A DNA stretch of 60,433 nucleotides, filler included. It is 9 parts of 9 records of this genome, joined end to end, with 100 filler letters (N's around TTAATTAATTAA, not from the genome) between each part and the next. Parts side by side here need not be neighbours in the genome. Positions count along the whole stretch, not along the records: positions 45,725 to 53,860 come from SRR31147125_63874; positions 53,961 to 60,433 come from SRR31147125_63904; 7 more parts are not named here. One strand, written 5' to 3'. The position numbers were made by a program, and so were the translations under genes. Positions within the stretch are counted from its first letter, which is position 1, and every line of letters starts with the position of its first letter. Below the pieces are notes generated by a model, which was given only the letters and a program-made list of their open reading frames with translations, made no database searches and was not told where the DNA came from. Positions 52,072-60,433 of this stretch are shown here, piece after piece.

Positions 52072-53570
52072 TTAGTTTTTATCTTTCTTAAAGGACACGC
52101 CGTCAAACCCGCTATAATCGCATTCGTAACGCTCAATCTTGAAGACCTGATCGTCAGCTGTGTACGTCCATACTGTTTCCCCCAAGTCTGTTACTTCAAA
52201 AAAGTAACCATTCGGTCCGTCGCATATGAGCGTATTGCCGTTGGACAGGCGCTGCGCACCGGAAACGTTTTGCGCGTAGAAATCAGACGGATTTCCAGCC
52301 ATATAGGTCCAGATGCTGCTTTCAGGCCCGTAAGTCCCGTTCTGATCCAGCATATAGCTGCCGTAATCGCTTACCGGCAGGACGATTTCATCAAGAGATG
52401 AGTAATTGCCGCCCTTACGTCCCAGCCCATTGTTGAAAATAAGAATGTGTCCCTCACCGGGCAGACCGTCCCCAATCCATCCGGCATCATGCTGTCCATA
52501 AAGCATCTGATCCGAAGCATCACCCGTATCATATGTCTGAGGATTCCCCCTCGATAAAGCAGATCACCGCCGCATCCGCTGTCGCCGCCGGAATGCCCGG
52601 CCGCCTCCTTTGTTGTCGTACTGTGATCAATGATCCAGACCTCGCCGAAATTATGGACACTTAAAAGTATCTGATCCAGTTCGGCGTTATAATCGACGCT
52701 ATTGAAGTGCGTCCAGTCAGCGTATGCATTCATTGTATAGTTAATATCGATCAATTCCGGATGCTCTGATACGACCCCATAATTATCTTTCGAGGCGTCA
52801 AAATCCTGAATCAGATGATCCCATACATGCCACTCCCACACGATCTCACCGGTATCAAAGCCGGTCGGCTGCACTTCGATAATACTGTCGGGCCATAAGG
52901 CGCCCTCAGAGAGCACTGACGGGTCGCGGCCGGCATCCAGGGCCTCCTGCTCCGTTTTGTACTCCCAGGCAATTATCAGCACATTACCGTTTGGCAGCAT
53001 CTCAACATCATGGTGCTGAAGATATGAGGCGCTGGAATACTCATACTCCCAAGTCACATTGCCGTCCCAGTCAATAAGCTGCACAATCCCGCCGGCGCCG
53101 CCGGCGCTGCGGGCTATGGTATTCTTGCCACCGCTGCCGCTTTGGTCGGGCACGCTTCTGTTTTTGCCGTCATCAGTCCTCTGCGGGCCGGAATTGCTTG
53201 ATGTAAAGGTCATATTCCCAACATTTCCAGTATGTAATAACAAACCGTTTTCAAGGAAATAGGTCGCCAAGCCCGGCCGGTAATCGGTATCCCAGGTGTG
53301 AACAAGCTCCCCGTCGTTGTCTATAAGTGAAACAGTTGTGGATGACAGGGACGAAAACAACGTATACCCGTTACTCGAAGTATCCAACGCTGGCCCAGCT
53401 GCCGCATTTTCGATGTTTAAACGATCTGTACCGGGCACGTCAGTTTTGTTCATGAATTCGCCAAGACAAATACCACCGATTAACAGACCTGCAACAATGA
53501 TGATATAAATCCTATTCTTAAGTTTTTTCTTTCTACCGTTATATCGAGAGACTGACCCAAACCCTCTCAT
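52072..53570 (-). CDS. Arylsulfotransferase (ASST) family beta-propeller protein; one-base frameshift near 52550
   Basis: QHHDVEMLPNGN, DWTHFNSVDY, QHD and SGAQRLSNGNTLI motifs. A missing T breaks LLYR(W)GNPQ. Confidence 0.82.
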
Positions 53571-53667
53571 ATTGCTCCCTCCGTTACTTAAGTAGTTAAA
53601 CTCCATAGCAGCTCCATAATCCTGGCTGTCAAATTAATACGGTGTTTATTCTTATTGTAACCACAAC

Positions 53668-53684
53668 TGTGAAGTCTGTGTGAA
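53668..53684 (-). promoter_or_regulatory. OmpR/PhoB-type direct-repeat box 3
   Basis: TTCACA-cagac-TTCACA, 8 nt, then TACAAT; upstream of the ASST gene. Confidence 0.72.
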
Positions 53685-53860
53685 AACGGATATGGACGAT
53701 AAAAAAACGGTTCATTTGATAGGAACCAAACTTGTATTGTACCTTTCGGATATCTCACAAGTTCATCTCGTTCTTATAAACCAATAGTTTTTTCTTCACC
53801 TCGCTTAGCGCGTGGCATTCTTTGCTGCACAAAGCAAAAAGCCTCGAAAACATAGTGTTT

Positions 53861-53960
53861 NNNNNNNNNNNNNNNNNNNNNNNNNNNNNNNNNNNNNNNN
53901 NNNNTTAATTAATTAANNNNNNNNNNNNNNNNNNNNNNNNNNNNNNNNNNNNNNNNNNNN
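53861..53960. other. Artificial contig linker
   Basis: N44-TTAATTAATTAA-N44. Confidence 0.97.
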
Positions 53961-54008
53961 CGGGGAGGTTTCTCCCCGACACAATATTTTAAAGGGAGGA
54001 TATATGCT

Positions 54009-54902
54009 TTGAAAGGTAATAGAAGCTATATGTTACGTCAGAGAAGAGTGGGATATCGTTTTATCTTTCCCTCTATGACCATATTGCTAGTGTTTGTTTT
54101 TGTCCCATTGGTGATGACAATTGTTTACAGCTTTATGAAGTTTAATATGATGTTTACCAATATGGAGTTTGTAGAGTTTAGTAATTACACTCGCTTGATT
54201 TCTGACGATCGATTTTGGAATGCTACAATAAATACACTTTACTATATGCTTTGTATGGTGCCCATTCAAGTCATATTCGCTCTTTTGGTGGGAGTCGCCT
54301 TGACTAAATCGAATAGATTTAACTCGTTTATGCGCTCTGTGTACTTCATACCCGCAATATGTTCAATGACCATTATGGCGATCACTTGGTCATTCTTAAT
54401 CAACAACGATTATGGAATCTATACTTATTCTTTAAGACAAATAGGAATTGATTTGCCAAATCTACTAAACAGCACAACGTGGGCCATGCCTACAATGATC
54501 TTTATCGGCGTATGGAAGAACCTTGGATTTAAAATGGTAATATTTATTGCTGGACTGCAGGGGATTTCCAAAACCTATTATGAGGCGGCTGAAATCGATG
54601 GTGCATCGTCATGGCAAAAACTCTATAAGATAACAATTCCGCTACTAATGCCTACACTTACTTTTGTGACCATAGATTCGGTAATTACGTCGTTCCAGGT
54701 GTTCGACCAAGTATACGTAATGACGCGAGGTGGCCCGCTCTATAGTACAGAGACACTAGTGCAATACATTTACAACAATGCTTTTATTAAGTCAGATATG
54801 GGCTATGCATCCACAGTTGCTGTGGCGCTGCTGGTTCTCACTTTGGTGGCCTCTGTTCCGCTATATCGTTATATGAAGCGGGATGAAGATACATTAAGTT
54901 AA
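54009..54902 (+). CDS. Carbohydrate ABC transporter permease 1
   Basis: YEAAEIDGA EAA loop, MTRGGP and MGYAS motifs; six TM segments. Confidence 0.92.
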   Translation: MKGNRSYMLRQRRVGYRFIFPSMTILLVFVFVPLVMTIVYSFMKFNMMFTNMEFVEFSNYTRLISDDRFWNATINTLYYMLCMVPIQVIFALLVGVALTKSNRFNSFMRSVYFIPAICSMTIMAITWSFLINNDYGIYTYSLRQIGIDLPNLLNSTTWAMPTMIFIGVWKNLGFKMVIFIAGLQGISKTYYEAAEIDGASSWQKLYKITIPLLMPTLTFVTIDSVITSFQVFDQVYVMTRGGPLYSTETLVQYIYNNAFIKSDMGYASTVAVALLVLTLVASVPLYRYMKRDEDTLS

Positions 54903-54914
54903 GGAGACAGGAAC

Positions 54915-55747
54915 ATGATCAAGTGGAAACAAATAACGCCGGGTAAAGTAATAAAATACATACTTCTGCTCGCATTGGCTTTCCTTATTATCTATCCCTT
55001 TGTTTGGATGGTAGTAACATCGTTTAAGCCGGAGGTGGATATCCGTAGTTTTCCGCCTAGTTTATTTTCGGGTAATTACTCTTTTGACAACTACAAGAAT
55101 ATCTGGGAGAGGATACCTTTTCTCAGTTACTATAAAAATACAATAATCTTTGCAGGTTCTGTTACAATAATCTCTTTGATGCTGGATACGATGGCTGGCT
55201 ATGCGTTTGCTAGGCTACAGTTTAAGGGGCGAAATGTCCTATTCGTATTAGTGCTTGCTACATTAATGATACCTTTTCAGGTCATAATGGTTCCGCTTTT
55301 TCTGAGCTGAATCAAATGAAGCTTCTTAACACATATGCAGGCTTGATTCTTCCTCGTGCAACCAATGCGTTTGGTATATTTATGATGCGACAATTCTTTG
55401 TCTCGTTGCCACGTGGTTTAGAAGAAGCAGCAAGAATTGATGGATGTAGTGAGTTCAAAATATTCCGAAGGATTATGCTTCCTCTGTGTAAACCAGCTTT
55501 AAGTACACTTGCCATATTTCACTTTATGTATAACTGGAATGATTTACTCTATCCATTGGTGCTTGCAACCAAGTCGGAGATGAAGACGCTCGCTGCCGGA
55601 CTTGCTTCGTTCATGGGGACACATGTTGTTGAGTATGGCGTAATTATGGCTGGTGCGGCACTATCTATGCTACCGATATTTATTGCTTATTGCTGTGTGC
55701 AAAGGACGTTTATTCAAAGTATAGCTATGACAGGTATGAAAGGGTAA
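54915..55747 (+). CDS. Carbohydrate ABC transporter permease 2; homopolymer frameshift near 55300
   Basis: AGYAFARL, EEAARIDG and WND motifs. Adding one T restores PLFSELNQMK. Confidence 0.88.
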
Positions 55748-55757
55748 GAACATTATA

Positions 55758-57653
55758 ATGAAAGACAGAATGATTGATATCTTGCTTGATCCTATGAAGA
55801 TAAAGGGTGCGGTTCCGCCATTAATGTTTGGGCACTTTATTGAATTTATGTATGACTGTATTAATGGCGGTATGTATACACAACTTTTACAGTCACGTGG
55901 TTTTGAATATCCCGATAGTAAAGGTGAGGGAGTTTCTCCACCTTGGCGTTTGACAGGTTATAACGATTCTTATAGTGCTACTATCGATACTGAGATTACC
56001 TATGCGCCTGGTCAAGCTCAGAAACTGCAGGTGTTTACCCACTATGACGGCTATTGTGGGATTGCGCAGGATGGATTGCTCCTTGAAGCGCAACAACCAT
56101 ATAGCGGATATTTCTGGGCTCGGTCAAATGACAATGTGGATATTTTCGTACGTGTTTGCAACCGGGCAGGTGAGCCACTGTTTTGTAAGCATAGTTCTGG
56201 GGCTTTTTCTGAGTGGGAAAAGGTTTCGTTTGAGTTTGAACTAGAGAAATCTTGTGAAGAGGCGATGATGGAAATTGGGTTGGAAAGTGAAGGAACTATT
56301 TGGCTGGATCAGGTTTCCTTGATGCCGGTTGGTGTTACATGTGATATTTGGACAGCGGTTATGGAACGGATGCGTACTTTGCAGATTCCGGCTCTCCGGT
56401 TTCCAGGAGGTTGCTTTGCCGATTGCTACAATTGGAAGGATGGGATCGGTCCAAAAGATTTACGCCCTTCCAGCTTAAACACGCACTGGGGAGGAACCGA
56501 GGAGCATAATTTCGGAACTGATGAGTTCATTGCTCTGTGTAGAGAAGTTGACTGTGAGCCGATGATTTGTGTAAATTTTGGTTCTGCAACACCTGAGGAC
56601 GCGGCGGCGTGGGTAGAGTATTGCAATGGAGACAAAGATACTGAACATGGTAAACTCAGAGCTCTCAATGGGCACCCAGAGCCATATGATATAAAGTTTT
56701 GGGATATTGGCAATGAAACCTTTGGCGAGTGGGAAATTGGTCATTGCCCTGCAAAAGAGTATGCAGAAAAGTATATGGAGTTTGCACAAAAAATGCGTTC
56801 AGTTGACCCAGATATCTGTCTAGTTGCCTGTGCGGGTAATGGTAACTCCATAGATCAGAATTGGAATCGAGATATTTTGCCAGTAATTTCTGAGCAAACC
56901 AATATCCTAGGTCTGCACATGTATACACCAATGATTGAGCAATCCAATTATGATAATACGGATATTTACTATTCTGTCGTGGGAGGCGCTCCAAAAAAAT
57001 CCGAGCACGTTCTCCGTGAAACATGGAAAACGGTGAATTCTGTGGTAGCACATGATCACAATATTAAGCTGGCAGTTACTGAGTGGAATACATCATACCA
57101 CAATAACAGCCTGCGAGAGCAAACACTCGAGGCGGCGATTTCAAACGCGGGAACGATGAACATGTTTCTTCGAAATGTTGAGATACTCTCGATGACGAAT
57201 GTATCAGACTTGGTCAATGGATGGCCGGGTGGGCTTATTCGAAGTAAGTGTGGGAAGGCTTTTGGAACGCCCACTTACCATACTATAGCGCTCTACGCGA
57301 CTGCTGGCATCAAGTCAGTTATCCAGGTTGAATACGACTGTGAAATATTTAATACGAAACAAATAGGAAACAATCCTGCTGAGAAGGATATACCATATGT
57401 AGATGTTGTAGCAGGTATTCGGGGAGATGGCAAAGTGACTATATTTGCTGTAAACCGATCCTTAGAAAAAAGCGTAGAATTAAGATTACATGAGCAGTCG
57501 CTTTTCGGGGCAATACATACCGAAATATGGTCACCGAACGTGAGCGACCGTAATGCATTTGGAGATGAAAAAATAATTCCGCGAAAACGAAATAATGAAG
57601 ATAAAGTAATTGTGCTGAAACCGCATTCTATCAATAGGATTGAACTGATTTGA
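55758..57653 (+). CDS. GH51 alpha-L-arabinofuranosidase (no signal peptide)
   Basis: FGHFIE, LRFPGGCFAD, FGTDEF, WDIGNE (acid/base) and VTEWN (nucleophile) motifs. Confidence 0.9.
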   Translation: MKDRMIDILLDPMKIKGAVPPLMFGHFIEFMYDCINGGMYTQLLQSRGFEYPDSKGEGVSPPWRLTGYNDSYSATIDTEITYAPGQAQKLQVFTHYDGYCGIAQDGLLLEAQQPYSGYFWARSNDNVDIFVRVCNRAGEPLFCKHSSGAFSEWEKVSFEFELEKSCEEAMMEIGLESEGTIWLDQVSLMPVGVTCDIWTAVMERMRTLQIPALRFPGGCFADCYNWKDGIGPKDLRPSSLNTHWGGTEEHNFGTDEFIALCREVDCEPMICVNFGSATPEDAAAWVEYCNGDKDTEHGKLRALNGHPEPYDIKFWDIGNETFGEWEIGHCPAKEYAEKYMEFAQKMRSVDPDICLVACAGNGNSIDQNWNRDILPVISEQTNILGLHMYTPMIEQSNYDNTDIYYSVVGGAPKKSEHVLRETWKTVNSVVAHDHNIKLAVTEWNTSYHNNSLREQTLEAAISNAGTMNMFLRNVEILSMTNVSDLVNGWPGGLIRSKCGKAFGTPTYHTIALYATAGIKSVIQVEYDCEIFNTKQIGNNPAEKDIPYVDVVAGIRGDGKVTIFAVNRSLEKSVELRLHEQSLFGAIHTEIWSPNVSDRNAFGDEKIIPRKRNNEDKVIVLKPHSINRIELI

Positions 57654-57714
57654 TGCGAGCTTGATTGTGCTTGCGTTGTAATAACTGTTACCAATGAAAG
57701 GGAGGAAAAATGAT

Positions 57715-60433
57715 ATGAAACGGTCAATAATAGCTGTGTTATTAATTATGGTGATAGTCTTCTCGGGAGCAACGCAAGTCACTGCAAGTACGGGAGGACC
57801 GTCAATTACGGTGGATGCAGACATAAACGAAGGTGTGTACAGCCCAAACGTTATGGGAAATATGTTTGAATGGGCATCGGATTATATGAATGGTGCCTGG
57901 GCAGAAAAAGCAACCAATCGTAACTTTGAGATGGACACCATTGACTTTAACCGATCGCCAATTTATGATCAGTTTTCAAGTGGGAACTTGAGCAGTGCAA
58001 AATGGGTAACAAAAACTTATGGATCTACAACACAGGGGAGTGCGGCGGTGTCATCCTCACAATTAAGTCTTACCGGTGTTGCAAATGCAAGATATGGCGT
58101 ATTGTCAAATAATTTTATTCAAAACGAGTACACGGATTATACAGTTAAGGCAATATTGGATGGATATACTGGAACGAACGCAATGATCTCGTTAATGGGG
58201 GGAGACTGCAGTACATTTGATAATAATATTGAATTTGGCATTGATGATGGCTACTTAAAGATATTTGGTGACGGCATTACATCATATGTTGGCTCGCAAA
58301 TTTCAGCACCAATCGAACTAACGATAGATGTGTCGCACTTAAAGGAAAATGGAAGAGATATAACATTTTATGCTGACGGAGAGCTTGTGTATGAGATTTC
58401 GGATTTTTCATGTATTGAAGATCAATGCAAAATATTTCTATATGGCTGGGGCACTTCGACTTCAATTTGGGATGCAGTATACATTTATGAAGGAGATACA
58501 TTTGAAGCATTTGACACCCAGCCTTCAAGCACACATTTTGAGCCTGAAGTCCTTGGAGGCGGTACACAAGGGACGATTCAATATGCAAATAGCAAGGCAA
58601 CAATCAGTGGGGTTGCAAATGAACGCTTTGGACTGATGTCCGAGTACATTTCAAATTCATCTGTTCACTGGACCTATGTAGAGGTAGAGCTTGATTCTTA
58701 CACGGGGACTAATGCACTCATCAGCTTATACGGTGATACGGATAGCAGTGTATACTCAGACTTCATTGAGTTTGGAGTCGAAAATGGAACCCTTGTTGTA
58801 TATACTCCTTCGGGAGAAGGAAATTGGCAAGGAGATAGTGTTTCTTTCCCGTGTTCGTTGAGAATCGAAACGAGCCCGTATTATGCAAATGGTAGGAACA
58901 TTAGGTTCTTCTATAACGATGAATTGGTATATGCGTTATGGGAAAATGAGGAGCTGTCCAATGAAGACTATAAAGTGCTTTTATACGGATATAGCAACTC
59001 GACTACGGTTTGGGAAAATGTAGGCATATATCAAGAACATTTTACAGACATTGCAGGTCCTAATTTTGAAGGCTCATCATTGCCTAATGATTGGGAAATC
59101 AGCTCATTGAATGACGGAGCTTTAGGCACAGTAGACTCTCATGATGGATTTTGCACTATTGAAGGCGTATCGGGTTCGCGCTTTGGCGTTGGTTGCATGT
59201 CTTATGAGAACAGCGATATTGAGCCGTTTCGCGTGGTAGCAAAGTTAGATTCATATACTGGTCTCAACGGACTTTTGCATATTACGTCAAGTGAGCCGCA
59301 TGGCGCATTTGAGAAATTCATAGAGTTTGGTGTTGAGAACGGACATCTAAAAGTATTTACGCCGTCAGGTTCATGGGAAGGACCGGAGGTATCATGTTCT
59401 GTAAGGTTAACAGTTGAGTTATACCCATTGGAAAACGGCAATAAAAACATTGTGTTTATATGCAATAACGAACCGGTTTATTATTTGGAAAACTGTTCGG
59501 TTCTTGAAGATGATGAATTCCGTCTATTCTTATATGGATATGGTGAAGGAACAACAGTATGGGATTATGCTGATGCATATTCGCTTGAAAGCTGGAGCGC
59601 GGATGGTTATCTGGCTTCGGGCAGCTATAAACAAGATAGTGAGGGCGGTGCTGTGTCTGGTCGGTATGCACAAAAAATTAATATTGACGAAAACGCAAGT
59701 GGTATTATGGGGATTAGTCATACCGGCATAGACGTAATATCGGGAAATGAATATGAAGTAAGTATATGGGCAAAGACAAGTGGCTCAATCGGTAATATAT
59801 CTGTTATATTAGGTGATAATACTGACCTCGGATCAAACTATTCATCGTATGCTAGCGCTACACTCACAGCAACAGGGACAACATCAAATGGATTTGAAAA
59901 GTATTCAGTAGTTATTACGCCATCGACTACAGATACCGACGCAAAGCTGTTTGTTGGTGCCGCTGGTACTGGAACGGTTTTGTTTGATCAGGTTTCCATG
60001 ATGCCTTTGGATAGTGATGAGGTTGTTTATGGTGGATGGAGAAAAGACTTCGTTGATGCGTTGGAGGAGCTTAATCCAAATGCTCTGCGTTGGCCAGGGG
60101 GAATTTTGGCCGACTGGTATTCATGGAGCGATGGAGTTGGTAGCGAACAGGATCTTCGCCCACCGACTTACTTTGCACAATGGAACGCGTGTTGGATGAC
60201 AAATGATGTTGGTGTAGATGAATTCCTAAATCTATGCGATGAGCTCAGTATTGATCCAGTTCTGAACGTTAACTATGGAACAGGCACGGCGAGCTATGCA
60301 GCAGAATTTGTTGAATATGTAAACGGAGATGTAACGACAACGCGCGGTGCAGAACGTGCACAAAACGGTCATACAGCACCGTATGACATTACATATTGGG
60401 AAATTGGAAACGAAACATGGGGGAGTTGGACGC
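57715..60433 (+). CDS. Large secreted GH51-family glycosidase with three inserted tandem ~180-aa domains, 3' truncated
   Basis: Absent from the ORF track because it runs off the window. GGGAGG RBS; signal MKRSIIAVLL..VTA; GNMFE, LRWPGG, VGVDEFL, VNYGTG and WEIGNE motifs. Confidence 0.87.
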   Translation, partial: MKRSIIAVLLIMVIVFSGATQVTASTGGPSITVDADINEGVYSPNVMGNMFEWASDYMNGAWAEKATNRNFEMDTIDFNRSPIYDQFSSGNLSSAKWVTKTYGSTTQGSAAVSSSQLSLTGVANARYGVLSNNFIQNEYTDYTVKAILDGYTGTNAMISLMGGDCSTFDNNIEFGIDDGYLKIFGDGITSYVGSQISAPIELTIDVSHLKENGRDITFYADGELVYEISDFSCIEDQCKIFLYGWGTSTSIWDAVYIYEGDTFEAFDTQPSSTHFEPEVLGGGTQGTIQYANSKATISGVANERFGLMSEYISNSSVHWTYVEVELDSYTGTNALISLYGDTDSSVYSDFIEFGVENGTLVVYTPSGEGNWQGDSVSFPCSLRIETSPYYANGRNIRFFYNDELVYALWENEELSNEDYKVLLYGYSNSTTVWENVGIYQEHFTDIAGPNFEGSSLPNDWEISSLNDGALGTVDSHDGFCTIEGVSGSRFGVGCMSYENSDIEPFRVVAKLDSYTGLNGLLHITSSEPHGAFEKFIEFGVENGHLKVFTPSGSWEGPEVSCSVRLTVELYPLENGNKNIVFICNNEPVYYLENCSVLEDDEFRLFLYGYGEGTTVWDYADAYSLESWSADGYLASGSYKQDSEGGAVSGRYAQKINIDENASGIMGISHTGIDVISGNEYEVSIWAKTSGSIGNISVILGDNTDLGSNYSSYASATLTATGTTSNGFEKYSVVITPSTTDTDAKLFVGAAGTGTVLFDQVSMMPLDSDEVVYGGWRKDFVDALEELNPNALRWPGGILADWYSWSDGVGSEQDLRPPTYFAQWNACWMTNDVGVDEFLNLCDELSIDPVLNVNYGTGTASYAAEFVEYVNGDVTTTRGAERAQNGHTAPYDITYWEIGNETWGSWT

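Noticed and set aside
6300-53960. Eight recurring TTAATTAATTAA motifs in N runs as a biological repeat, or cross-contig gene clusters
   Set aside because: They are identical 100-nt synthetic linkers. The flanks come from different organisms, so adjacency across them means nothing.
55296-55320. Stop-codon readthrough or alternative genetic code at the permease TGA
   Set aside because: The downstream half is in a different frame, and one extra T in the T run restores the protein.

Overview
This is not one genome. It is nine unrelated contigs joined by eight identical artificial 100-nt linkers (44 N + TTAATTAATTAA + 44 N), probably from a metagenome of an anoxic community. (1) 1-6299: Bacteroidota PUL fragment, SusC-SusD-two fasciclin lipoproteins-second SusC. 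(2) 6400-15113: sugar catabolism locus (nucleoside hydrolase, TIM-barrel isomerase, MFS, ROK kinase, LacI, enolase-superfamily protein, GH29). (3) 15214-20506: Desulfobacterota-like ABC transporter plus an operon of small cytochrome c, octaheme tetrathionate-reductase-family cytochrome and cytochrome b. (4) 20607-26234: NodT/TolC protein and a large hybrid sensor kinase. (5) 26335-32994: a EUKARYOTIC, very compact, intron-rich contig with MCMBP (13 short introns, one with minor-spliceosome U12-type signals), an intronless PPR gene and APC2. (6) 33095-38329: AT-rich glycosyltransferase/wzt/wzm next to GC-rich paaK and an ACT protein. (7) 38430-45624: ECF sigma/anti-sigma/Spy-like operon, candidate sRNA, secreted FlgD-tail protein, REP/MITE-like element and POT transporter. 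(8) 45725-53860: Firmicutes locus with an OmpR-family two-component system and three near-identical TTCACA-N5-TTCACA promoter boxes ahead of arylsulfotransferase, GGDEF-DUF1566 and Gly-rich repeat genes. (9) 53961-60433: sugar ABC permeases, a GH51, and a large secreted GH51 with three inserted ~180-aa repeats that the ORF track missed. Most split genes break at single-base homopolymer indels and are probably sequencing errors. Product and taxon calls come from motif recognition only; no searches were run.
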